Origin: a virus
Reading direction: 5' to 3' (one strand)
IMG/VR virus record: IMGVR_UViG_3300020473_000015
DNA: 64,000 nucleotides
In this document: positions 45,909 to 54,656 of the stretch, piece by piece
How positions within the stretch are numbered: the first letter of the stretch is position 1
How the letters are laid out: every line of letters begins with the position of its first letter
Notes under the pieces: model-generated
Told to the model about the DNA's origin: nothing
The model's database searches: none
What the model saw: only the letters and a program-made list of their open reading frames with translations
Position numbers and translations under genes: made by a program

Positions 45909-46059
45909 TTTAGTAAAACACACATTGATTGAACGCCTTGGAATTGTGTTGAGGACACCAGAAGAAACAGGCAATGGTGATCATGAGGTATATTACAGTT
46001 ATGGCATGAAAGGGTATTGGAATAAACGTTGGATGAAATTAGTTCAAGAAAGTACTTGA
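45895..46059 (+). CDS. KOW/SH3-like cassette protein
   Basis: (M)QVGDLVKH..MKLVQEST; stop inside next TTGACA (read manually). Confidence 0.75.
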   Translation: MQVGDLVKHTLIERLGIVLRTPEETGNGDHEVYYSYGMKGYWNKRWMKLVQEST

Positions 46060-46084
46060 CAAATTATAATTTCTATGAGATAAT
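46056..46084 (+). promoter_or_regulatory. early promoter (TGAGATAAT class)
   Basis: TTGACA-17-GATAAT. Confidence 0.8.
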
Positions 46085-46696
46085 GTATATAGAAAGGTTG
46101 GAGGAACATGTACGACTGGAAAAAAGAAATGGATGCGAATTACAAACGTGTTAAAGCCAATTGGTGGCAAACAGGTAATCGCACGTGTCAAACTGCGGTA
46201 AGCGCAAGTTTTCAACTAGGGAAAGGAAAAGATTCGGAGAGCACAAAAGAATATAATGAAAAGTAATTGGAAACAATTGTTATATTCAGTGCTGTTAGTA
46301 ATAGCAGCATTTCTCTTTGCTCATTGGTATCTCGTAACAGTAGAAGGTTTATAGAATGGAATATTTCGTACAAAGAATTAATCATGATCACTGGGTAAAC
46401 ATCTGTGGTCCATTTGGCTCAGAAGGTGAAGCTCGCATGTACGCTAGGAGTTGTACAAACAATTCTGTTTATGGTAAGCGAATTCGTATTGCTACAGGAT
46501 GTGGACGTGTTGTTGATATTCTGTAATTATCTTTAGAGGTTGGGAGGTTAGCACAATCAATGTATTTTTAAAGGTACATAAATAAGCTAGGTGTAGAAAG
46601 TGGGATTAGGGTTAGTAGTATAAAGTCTATATATACAACCCTGTCAAGTGAAAACATTCTACACTTAGCTGTGCATTAATTCTACACATATATTTG

Positions 46697-46725
46697 TTGA
46701 CAGTCGCTAGGTGATATGTTATAAT
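46697..46725 (+). promoter_or_regulatory. sigma70-type promoter
   Basis: TTGACA-17-TATAAT. Confidence 0.65.
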
Positions 46726-47309
46726 GGAGAAAAAATGTTTCAAACACTAGGTACAATAACGCACGATATGTTGTTGTTAATATTACCTTTTGGTAGCGGT
46801 TACTTGTGCGATGACGAGGGTGAGCCATGCGAAGACTCACTAAAGGTTACGCTAATGTTACAATCAATATTTGTATTGACTAACCCGCATGACGCAAAAA
46901 AGGTAGAAATTAATTAGTAATGATTACAACCACTTAGTTTAACTTTCTCTAGGTGGAGATAGAAAAAGATCGGAGAGTAATGAATAATAATAAAGAAACT
47001 ATCGAATTGTTGACAGTACTAAGCGTATTAGTTGCTACAATGATAATAGGAGCATTCGACTTATGTGGCATGATATAAGACATCTATACAGGTACGCTTT
47101 ACATACTGCCTATGGTCAGTAGCGTAGCGCAAGTTGTGTTAGGAATATCTATGGGTATAGTAAGCTGGACATGGCTTAAAGGCTTAGGAGAGAACACAGA
47201 TGAATAAGGAACTGATAAAGAAGTTAGCCTCACAGATAGAATCAACGATAGTAGGTATGGACATTGCGCCAACAGTAGTGACAGTGGTAAAAAAAGTAAA
47301 GAAAAAGGC

Positions 47310-47338
47310 TTGACAAATGAAATAGCTTGTGTTATAAT
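47310..47338 (+). promoter_or_regulatory. sigma70-type promoter with no obvious ORF directly downstream
   Basis: TTGACA-17-TATAAT with upstream A-tracts. Confidence 0.65.
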
Positions 47339-47508
47339 AAAAGCATGAAGTAAGAATAAAGACACCACCACTACCCCACCGGATATACCCGAATGTATGT
47401 CCTAGTAGGAAAATATGCGCGATTTGGGACGACTATATACACATGCATAACGCAGCCCAATTTTCCAGAATTAAAAAAATCCCCACAATAATTTTTGAGA
47501 CTTTACTA

Positions 47509-47518
47509 ACTACTTATA
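47509..47518 (+). promoter_or_regulatory. candidate phage late-promoter motif
   Basis: ACTACTTATA at the start of the leader-gene block. Confidence 0.45.
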
Positions 47519-47555
47519 ATACAGCCGATTAAGGCATATTAAAGGAGAGCACACT

Positions 47556-47636
47556 ATGAAAACACTACACAGACTAGTTAACTGGCTTAACCCGCTACAT
47601 TGCTGTTGCGAATGTGGCTGTTGTAAATGTAAATAA
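47556..47636 (+). CDS. 26-aa Cys-rich micro-protein
   Basis: AAAGGAG SD; MKTLHRLVNWLNPLHCCCECGCCKCK. Confidence 0.6.
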   Translation: MKTLHRLVNWLNPLHCCCECGCCKCK

Positions 47637-47650
47637 AGGAATTTATACAA

Positions 47651-47920
47651 ATGAAACTTACTAAATCACAATTAAAACAATTTATTAAAGAAGAATTACT
47701 TAACGAGATTGGAGAAGAAGGCCAATCGGGAGAGTGGGAGGATGAAGGCGAATTTAAAGCGGGAGATTTTGTTGAGGTAGAGATATATGATGATGGGTAT
47801 GAAAAGAATATAGAAAAACTTGAAAACCCAGCCGCATTTACGCCGACTCATGGAAGATACACATCTGAAAAATTCTTAGCTAAAATTGTACAAGTATCTA
47901 AACGAAAGTACGAGGATTAA
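47651..47920 (+). CDS. type-A leader + KOW-like segment
   Basis: MKLTKSQLKQFIKEELLNE; FKAGDFVEV. Confidence 0.75.
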   Translation: MKLTKSQLKQFIKEELLNEIGEEGQSGEWEDEGEFKAGDFVEVEIYDDGYEKNIEKLENPAAFTPTHGRYTSEKFLAKIVQVSKRKYED

Positions 47921-47922
47921 AT

Positions 47923-48468
47923 ATGAAACTTAAACAATCACAGTTACAAAAAATTATTAGAGAAGAATTTAAGGCAGTACTCAATGAAGCAGAATTCGAT
48001 GCAACAGACGAAATGAAAAAAGATTTCGATGAGGACTTAGACCATATGAGAGAGGCAATGCAAAACGTAGCACTTTCAGTAATTGATCAATACTCAGCTG
48101 ATTCAGAAAAATATGGCGAATTTACAAAAGAGGCAGCGCGGAAAGAAATAACCGAAGTTCTAGAAGCAACGCTAGTTAACTTTCTAGAAGACGCTTTAAC
48201 AATGTCTCCTGGCTTAGAAACCATTCTAGATCAAGAGTTTGATGAAGCTGATGATCCTGCACGTGCAGGCGTCATTAATGAATTTTTTGGTGGCAAATGG
48301 GATAAAAGTTGCCATTATACATTTGATGATGTAAAAGACGAATATTATGATTCTGGCGGTCAACGCGTTGGCGTATGGGTAATTAACGGACAGAAAAAAC
48401 ATTCATCTCAGATGACTGAAGCTGAAATAATGGATAATGAAAAAAGAATTCGTGGGGAATGGTGCTAG
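47923..48468 (+). CDS. type-A leader hypothetical protein
   Basis: MKLKQSQLQKIIREEFKAVLNE. Confidence 0.75.
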   Translation: MKLKQSQLQKIIREEFKAVLNEAEFDATDEMKKDFDEDLDHMREAMQNVALSVIDQYSADSEKYGEFTKEAARKEITEVLEATLVNFLEDALTMSPGLETILDQEFDEADDPARAGVINEFFGGKWDKSCHYTFDDVKDEYYDSGGQRVGVWVINGQKKHSSQMTEAEIMDNEKRIRGEWC

Positions 48469-48471
48469 CTA

Positions 48472-49725
48472 GTGCGTCTTTCTAAAACAAAACTTAAGCG
48501 AATCATTAAAGAAGAAATGCGAATTGCTATAGCATTGCATGAGAATGCTGTAGCATTGCATGAGAATGCTGATCTTATGCAAAACGCCACGCTGCTCAAT
48601 ATTAGAGATTTTGGTTATATTCCAGAAGATCCAAATTTTGATCAAAAGGCCGAAGCCGAACCCGCATTTGGGGATATTAAGCGGCATCTTGAAGCTGATG
48701 AAGGCGCAATTGCAATTGCAAAAAGTGGTAGCAAATACGTTTTTATTATGCTTGGCTTAAGCGAGCCGCATGGGCCCAATGAAGTGCGTAGTGTTGGCCA
48801 TGTCGATTCAAGATATACTTCAGCTGAAAAGGCGCTACAGATGTTTAAAGATCATGCGGAAAAATTTGTCGACGATGAGGTTGCAAAGAATGCTGTCATG
48901 AATACCACCTTAGAAGATCTAGATAATTTGCAAAATGAAGATATGCTAGTAGTAAAATCTAAGAAAAAAGTTTCCGATACACTTTCTTGGCTTCAAAGCC
49001 TCTCCGCGCAGCCAGTTGAAAAAAGTAGCTCTAAATCTGAAGATCGATATCATGATGAACCATACCATCATCAACCTGGATTGGTTGGTGGTGCAGCACG
49101 ACATCGAAAAAGAGTTTCTAAATATTATAAAGAAAGCAAGCTAACCAAATCTAATATTAAAGACTTAATCAAAGAAGAGCTTAGATCCGTCATGATTGAA
49201 GAGGGGCTGTGGGATAGTATTAAGAAACGTGCGAAGATAGCGTATAATGCGCCCGGAAGGCTAGCAAATAAAGCTGCCAATAAAATATATGATATGACTG
49301 CATCGAAAGACGTGCCTACCATGACGACTGGACCGGCAGACAAAGTTTCTAAAATGGAACAACCATGGGAATATGAAGAAGCTACACAAGATGAAAAAAC
49401 TAAATTTGATGTAGCCATGGCTATAGCTGGATTGTTAAGCCTAGGTCTTGGCGCTGCAGCTGCAGGTGGTGGCGCAGCGAAAAAGGCTGCAGGGCAAACA
49501 GCACTAAAACAATACCTAACGGATAAAGCTATCGATGCACCTGCAATTGCTGCTAGTACTTATGCTTCCTATCAACTAGCAATGCAAAAAGCTGGAAAAA
49601 AACCTGTTGGCAAGCAGCGCTTCGAAGCGGCCAAAGCGGCTTTAAAAAATATCGCTATAGAGGCAATGCCTGGAAATAAAGCAATTGGTATTGGTGCAAA
49701 AGCTAGCGCGACAGCTGCTGGTTAA
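48472..49725 (+). CDS. type-A leader protein with second internal leader and Ala-rich hydrophobic C-terminus
   Basis: MRLSKTKLKRIIKEEM; internal KLTKSNIKDLIKEEL near 49138. Confidence 0.75.
   Translation: MRLSKTKLKRIIKEEMRIAIALHENAVALHENADLMQNATLLNIRDFGYIPEDPNFDQKAEAEPAFGDIKRHLEADEGAIAIAKSGSKYVFIMLGLSEPHGPNEVRSVGHVDSRYTSAEKALQMFKDHAEKFVDDEVAKNAVMNTTLEDLDNLQNEDMLVVKSKKKVSDTLSWLQSLSAQPVEKSSSKSEDRYHDEPYHHQPGLVGGAARHRKRVSKYYKESKLTKSNIKDLIKEELRSVMIEEGLWDSIKKRAKIAYNAPGRLANKAANKIYDMTASKDVPTMTTGPADKVSKMEQPWEYEEATQDEKTKFDVAMAIAGLLSLGLGAAAAGGGAAKKAAGQTALKQYLTDKAIDAPAIAASTYASYQLAMQKAGKKPVGKQRFEAAKAALKNIAIEAMPGNKAIGIGAKASATAAG
48530..48571 (+). repeat. perfect 21-nt tandem duplication (ALHENA x2)
   Basis: TAGCATTGCATGAGAATGCTG twice. 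Confidence 0.95.
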
Positions 49726-49765
49726 CCTGAAAATAATAGTATTTATTAAGGAGAGGTATATACAA

Positions 49766-49978
49766 GTGAAACTAACTAATGTGAAACTTAAACAATTAAT
49801 CAAAGAAACCCTACAAGAAATGTATCTTACAAACACACCTAGTGGTGATAAAGATTTTCTACATAATGAAGATGGCTATGAAATAATAAACAATATTAAG
49901 GCGGCCATGGCAGATTATGATGAAAGCGATCCATGGGCTACTGTCGACGCTATTAAAGAATTACTTACATTTGAGTAA
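49766..49978 (+). CDS. type-A leader hypothetical protein
   Basis: GTG start after AGGAGAGG; KLTNVKLKQLIKETLQE. Confidence 0.7.
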   Translation: MKLTNVKLKQLIKETLQEMYLTNTPSGDKDFLHNEDGYEIINNIKAAMADYDESDPWATVDAIKELLTFE

Positions 49979-50526
49979 GAGTGTCTTTTTCCATTATAAT
50001 AAGACCCTTTCGCAATATTCTTTGATGCCTCAAGCGGTCTTAAATTCTTTAAACTCCACGCTTCCCTAATTTTTGGATCATCGCCATCACTAATACCATA
50101 ATACGCCAAAGGTATAATATGATCAATATGCCAATACGTACCATAGTTATCCCAATTCATTTCTGGCGTAAATTGCGATTCTAGATGCTCCTGAAGCTGT
50201 CTAGGGTTGAAATCGAAGTACTTACTGCTTGACCGGTCTTTCTGTACACCCTGCGTGTTTAAAAACTCTTTTAATCTTTTCGTACAATTTTTTCGTATTT
50301 TGACATGTGGCAGTTTTCTTCTCCGTCGACGCTGCATTCGCCTGGAAAGTTTACCGGCTGGGGTTTTACGCCACTCTTGTTTTTGTGCATATTTGCAAGG
50401 TTTGCAGATAGCCCTAAAATATTTACAATAGCCGTTTCCGGATTTCCGTTTTTTTCGACGAAGTTCGAAATGTTCGGTAGTTTTCGGTAGTGTGGTGTTG
50501 CAACTAGTGCAAGTTTTTGTTTCCAT
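49915..50526 (-). CDS. free-standing HNH homing endonuclease
   Basis: CTSC..CKPC Zn finger; WHIDHIIP..NLRPLEASKNIAKG; own promoter TTTACA-17-TATACT at 50561-50533 on the minus strand. Confidence 0.8.
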   Translation of the reverse strand: METKTCTSCNTTLPKTTEHFELRRKKRKSGNGYCKYFRAICKPCKYAQKQEWRKTPAGKLSRRMQRRRRRKLPHVKIRKNCTKRLKEFLNTQGVQKDRSSSKYFDFNPRQLQEHLESQFTPEMNWDNYGTYWHIDHIIPLAYYGISDGDDPKIREAWSLKNLRPLEASKNIAKGSYYNGKRHSYSNVSNSLIASTVAHGSLSS

Positions 50527-50618
50527 AGATCTAGTATACATGAGTTATTTGCGTTTGTAAAGAATAAAGTGAAAAAAAATTTTGAATATTCTATTTATTA
50601 TTGCTTCTGGAGGCCCAC

Positions 50619-50867
50619 ATGAGCTTAAACATAGCGAACCTTAAAAACATCATCAACGAGGAACTAGACCGCGCAACTAAAGACGTAAATTATACCGGCG
50701 ACATAGATGCCGTACAAGAGTGCATAACTGAAATACAAAATTTCTTAGCCGAATCTAGTGACCTATATATTAATTCATCTTTAGAGTTGAAAAAAAATAT
50801 TTTACTTGATTTACTTTCCTTATTACAGCTTATTGAGAACTATTCTAACAAATGGTCTGACATGTAG
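50619..50867 (+). CDS. type-A leader hypothetical protein
   Basis: MSLNIANLKNIINEEL; TCTATTTATT motif at 50590. Confidence 0.65.
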   Translation: MSLNIANLKNIINEELDRATKDVNYTGDIDAVQECITEIQNFLAESSDLYINSSLELKKNILLDLLSLLQLIENYSNKWSDM

Positions 50868-50903
50868 GAAAAAAAATTTTTGGTTTTTGGCCATACTTAT
50901 TAT

Positions 50904-51167
50904 ATGGCCCTCTCGAAAAAAACTAGAATCAAGCAAGAAAAGGTCGTACTGAACAAAAACCAACCTAACAATATTGAAGTCGCCATTGGAGAGGTCCATA
51001 GAATCGAAAATAAAGTATATTACGTCATTAGTTTTGGTGGTGACAAAGAAATTATAATATCAGGACCAGATGAATATGAAAAATTCATAGATTTAATTAT
51101 TAATCTAGACTGGGATCCTGAAGATACTTGGATCAGACCTAAACAAAAGAAGCGACAGTTTGATTAA
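50904..51167 (+). CDS. hypothetical protein
   Basis: start taken at MALSKK. Confidence 0.55.
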   Translation: MALSKKTRIKQEKVVLNKNQPNNIEVAIGEVHRIENKVYYVISFGGDKEIIISGPDEYEKFIDLIINLDWDPEDTWIRPKQKKRQFD

Positions 51168-51605
51168 TTACTTTTTGTGCTTTTTGCCCTTCTTTCCTCT
51201 TCTTTTCTTTTTATTATTATAATAGTGATTGTTTATAACTCTTCTATTTTTAATAACAGTCCTATTTCTTACAATCGGCTTAAGCCTCGGATGTCTTTTT
51301 CTTACAATTGGTCTTTTACGATATATACGATGTTTTTTATGACGATATACTTTTCCTCGATATCTGATTCTATTAATATGTCGACGTCGTATGGTGTGAT
51401 ATCTTACCTCTCTGACTGATGGCCTGAGAGATACTCGATAGCTTGGAATTTGTACTAAATAACCATCCCAGCAATCATCGATGTGTGAAGTATATACAAC
51501 TTCGTGTGGTGTAACCAACCCATCGCCATAAAACAATTGAGGCTGACATTCAAACGTACCAAGCGTTAAACCGCTTGATAATATAAATATTAAACATGTT
51601 CCCAT
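51168..51605 (-). CDS. secreted Arg/Lys/His-rich protein
   Basis: hydrophobic N-terminus, very basic C-terminal half. Confidence 0.55.
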   Translation of the reverse strand: MGTCLIFILSSGLTLGTFECQPQLFYGDGLVTPHEVVYTSHIDDCWDGYLVQIPSYRVSLRPSVREVRYHTIRRRHINRIRYRGKVYRHKKHRIYRKRPIVRKRHPRLKPIVRNRTVIKNRRVINNHYYNNKKKRRGKKGKKHKK

Positions 51606-51688
51606 GATTTTCTCCTTTATGTTACTACTTTAAAATGCAAACTACGTGCCAAGTTTTAAAATATACATAATTATGATATAATTATATC

Positions 51689-51883
51689 ATGAAGAATGTG
51701 ATAAGTCTACAAGAAAGTCGAATAAAACGAGATATAAAAAACGCTTATACAAAACTGAAAGAGGTTCGAACTTTAATATCCTATGGAAAGCATGAAATGG
51801 TTGATGAAGCGTATGAATTGGAAAATAGAATATTAGATTTGGAAGAGCAATTATTAGATTTAGTAGAATCGGACTCTTTTTAA
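51689..51883 (+). CDS. hypothetical coiled-coil protein
   Basis: MKNVISLQESRI. Confidence 0.6.
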   Translation: MKNVISLQESRIKRDIKNAYTKLKEVRTLISYGKHEMVDEAYELENRILDLEEQLLDLVESDSF

Positions 51884-51962
51884 ATTTTTATTAAAAATTA
51901 GTGTTTATTATGTTAATATGATCTCAGGCCTTAGTATTATAACGTTATAAGGAGGTGTACAT

Positions 51963-52145
51963 ATGGCTACAAATGCAGAAATCAAAAGAGAAGTTGAAGA
52001 TCTTAAAAATCGTCTTGCAAGCTTACAATCCAGCAATTCTCGACTATTTGATGAGATGGCAGCGCTCAAGAGCAACTATAGTAACTTAGTTGAAGACATG
52101 AATGCTCGTCTTGAGGTAGTACATAACAAAATTTTTCGTAAATAA
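51963..52145 (+). CDS. hypothetical coiled-coil protein
   Basis: AAGGAGG SD, heptad pattern. Confidence 0.7.
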   Translation: MATNAEIKREVEDLKNRLASLQSSNSRLFDEMAALKSNYSNLVEDMNARLEVVHNKIFRK

Positions 52146-52218
52146 AAAAGAACCCTCAAGAATAAGAAAAATCATAGATACAATAAAAATGTTTCTATTA
52201 ATAAAATAAGGAAAAATT

Positions 52219-52425
52219 ATGCAACAACAACAAATGAGCATCGACTTAAAACAAGCGGAAAATGTTGGATGCGAAGAGTGTGGCCATTTATATTTCACCC
52301 CCGTAGCGATGATGAAAAGGCTTTCTGCTCTTGTATCTCCAACCGGACAAGAACTTAAATTTCCAGTTCAATGCTTCCAATGTGTCGAATGTGGTCATGT
52401 TTTAGAGCCACCAACCCCTCAATAA
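52219..52425 (+). CDS. Zn-ribbon protein
   Basis: CEECG..CVECG. Confidence 0.7.
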   Translation: MQQQQMSIDLKQAENVGCEECGHLYFTPVAMMKRLSALVSPTGQELKFPVQCFQCVECGHVLEPPTPQ

Positions 52426-52483
52426 AAAATTAATTAATTTTAATACGTTAACGTTAAGTGTGGTGCGCTGGTCTATATATAAT

Positions 52484-52690
52484 ATGCCTTCACCACGCTT
52501 TAACGTTGGCGATTTAGTCCAGTTTGATTCCTTTGGTCATACCATAGGCATTGTAACTGATGTAAAAAACTCTCCTAGCTTTGATCCCCCTGAAAAAATA
52601 GCTGATGTATTGGTATATTGGTCTGATGGCATAGAATTCTGGTGTCTGGACTTTTGTTTAGTGATTGTTTCGAAATATAAAACTAATTAA
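52484..52690 (+). CDS. KOW/SH3-like small protein
   Basis: FNVGDLV..IGIV..VYWSDG. Confidence 0.65.
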   Translation: MPSPRFNVGDLVQFDSFGHTIGIVTDVKNSPSFDPPEKIADVLVYWSDGIEFWCLDFCLVIVSKYKTN

Positions 52691-52695
52691 TACTA

Positions 52696-52908
52696 GTGAT
52701 GAAACTTGATTTAAAAACAGCAATAATGATAAGCACTTTATTATTCACAGTGTCTGGCTTTTATTATACAACCATAAGTGATATTAATGTGCTATCATTA
52801 AAGATTCAAGCGCTTGAGAGCGAAAATCGCATGCAACAAAAAAGATTAGATTCACTAGATAAAAAAACAAACCGGTTGAATAAACAACTCAAGGATTTGA
52901 AAAAATGA
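52696..52908 (+). CDS. TM + coiled-coil protein
   Basis: hydrophobic N-terminus; ACTAATTAAT motif at 52682. Confidence 0.6.
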   Translation: MMKLDLKTAIMISTLLFTVSGFYYTTISDINVLSLKIQALESENRMQQKRLDSLDKKTNRLNKQLKDLKK

Positions 52909-53342
52909 AAAAATTATTATTAATGGCGCTCATGCTTTTGCTTGCATCGTGTGCTACAACAAGCGCTAAAAAATATTCCTATCTAACAATGGGTGAGGTT
53001 GAAGATAAGTGTAAACCAGATCAGTCGTGGAATATGAGTATACTGGGACTGAGATCATATGTTGTTCTAAGTCAAGGTTGTCTGAGTTTTGAGAGGCTCT
53101 TTATTATACGAATGGATAACGAATCATACACAGAAGAGATTCGAAATTCCACCATAGAAGTGCTAAAAGCGCATTTTATACATTTTGTTGATAGTAGGGG
53201 CTATTTTGAAGACGTTGAGTTAGGGCCTGGAAAAGTAAAGTGGTATCTTAAAAGACTTAAAACAGAGATAGATAAAGGTGTTATTACTCACTTTTTTGAC
53301 CTAACTTATAAGAAAGCAGATCCCCAAAAGGGACAAAAATAA
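52905..53342 (+). CDS. lipoprotein
   Basis: LLASC lipobox. Confidence 0.65.
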   Translation: MKKLLLMALMLLLASCATTSAKKYSYLTMGEVEDKCKPDQSWNMSILGLRSYVVLSQGCLSFERLFIIRMDNESYTEEIRNSTIEVLKAHFIHFVDSRGYFEDVELGPGKVKWYLKRLKTEIDKGVITHFFDLTYKKADPQKGQK

Positions 53343-53366
53343 ATAAAATTAAAGTGAGGATAAACA

Positions 53367-53987
53367 ATGAAACTACTATTTGAAAATTGGCGAGAATTCT
53401 TAAAAGAAGAAAATGAAATTGTGAAGACAAATAACGCGGTGGTTATTTTTTCTGATTGGGCGAAGGGTCATATTGAAAAGGGACACAAAGAGCCGGGAAA
53501 GGGTTCAATATTTGCAGACTTTGATCTTTCTTTGGTTAATTCTGCTCTAGAACAAATTGAAATAAATCCAAACAAAGCAGTATATACCATTAGTGTTCCA
53601 AGTGTCGGTTATAACCTAGTTCTTCCAGACAACGAGGCATCACAATTGGAAGGTGCTCAAAAAACAGAAGTAGAAAAGGAAGAAAGACAGGGACCAATCA
53701 CAGTTAATGCATATACGACTTCTCAACCACTAGAGAGCTTTAAAACGGATGAATTATCTGTTGTTATTAGACCAACAAGTGAATTACAATATGTTCCAGA
53801 GGATCTTCAACAAGATCCAGCGGTTACACAGGCGCTTGATCAAGGAAATTTATATTCCGTTCTTTCTGCATGGCCAGGAAGAGGAGATGTACCACCGGCC
53901 TCTCAATGGGGCGATGATTGGGCTGTTATTATTCCAGATCGAGCTATAGAGAGCGATGGGGAAGTTGTCGATGAAACTCCTATTTGA
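53367..53987 (+). CDS. type-B leader hypothetical protein
   Basis: MKLLFENWREFLKEE. Confidence 0.8.
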   Translation: MKLLFENWREFLKEENEIVKTNNAVVIFSDWAKGHIEKGHKEPGKGSIFADFDLSLVNSALEQIEINPNKAVYTISVPSVGYNLVLPDNEASQLEGAQKTEVEKEERQGPITVNAYTTSQPLESFKTDELSVVIRPTSELQYVPEDLQQDPAVTQALDQGNLYSVLSAWPGRGDVPPASQWGDDWAVIIPDRAIESDGEVVDETPI

Positions 53988-54405
53988 AAATTGGCGAGAA
54001 TATTTGAAAGAAACTATAGAGAATCTTCTATGCCCTGCAGCAACTCAGGATCTGGAGCTTAATACTAGAAACAGAGACGCTGCAGTTCAAGCAGAGCACA
54101 TTCAGTATGGACCTCTAAACGTTGATGAGCCTGGAGACTATTGGCAAAAAATTGCCGAGGCATGGAACACCTCAGAAAAGGCTGCGCAAAAGTCTTTGTG
54201 TGGTAATTGTGTCGCTTTTGATATTTCTCCTCGCATGAAAGATTGTATGCCCGGAGAAACCTCAGACAAAGATGGGGAACTTGGATATTGTTGGATGCAC
54301 CACTTTAAGTGTCATTCTGCTAGATCATGCAGAACGTGGGCCAAAGGTGGTCCGATCACTGAAGATATTAAATCTGCAGAATGGCAGGAAAAAAATGAAC
54401 GATGA
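53971..54405 (+). CDS. type-B leader Cys-rich conserved phage protein
   Basis: MKLLFENWREYLKE; CGNCVAFD, YCWMHHFKCHSARSC. Confidence 0.8.
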   Translation: MKLLFENWREYLKETIENLLCPAATQDLELNTRNRDAAVQAEHIQYGPLNVDEPGDYWQKIAEAWNTSEKAAQKSLCGNCVAFDISPRMKDCMPGETSDKDGELGYCWMHHFKCHSARSCRTWAKGGPITEDIKSAEWQEKNER

Positions 54406-54656
54406 AACTCCTACTTGAAAAATGGCGAAAGATTATAAATGAAGAAGTTGTTGATTTTCCAAGTGAAATTACAGCCGTCGAGCGCTATGCTAATTATATA
54501 GAGTATATAAATTTAGCAATTGAACAAATAATCTCTCTAGAAGAGATTTTTGAGAGACAAGGTTCAACCACAGAAGATTTAGTTGAGATTAAAGAAAATC
54601 TTATACAGTTGCGAGATGACGAAACGCTAAAATACGATATGGAGGGTTACGAATGA
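54402..54656 (+). CDS. type-B leader hypothetical protein
   Basis: MKLLLEKWRKIINEE. Confidence 0.75.
   Translation: MKLLLEKWRKIINEEVVDFPSEITAVERYANYIEYINLAIEQIISLEEIFERQGSTTEDLVEIKENLIQLRDDETLKYDMEGYE

Larger units (their letters stand above)
44575..45915 (+). repeat. seven copies of a ~30-nt dual-coding junction repeat
   Basis: consensus TTGGAGGTAATCARTGCAAGTMGGTGATTTRGT near 44575, 44723, 45165, 45326, 45477, 45680, 45882. Confidence 0.9.

Noticed and set aside
44575-45915. Junction repeats read as a CRISPR array
   Set aside because: Intervening segments are ~120-190 nt intact ORFs of variable length, the repeats are degenerate and protein-coding, and no cas genes are present.
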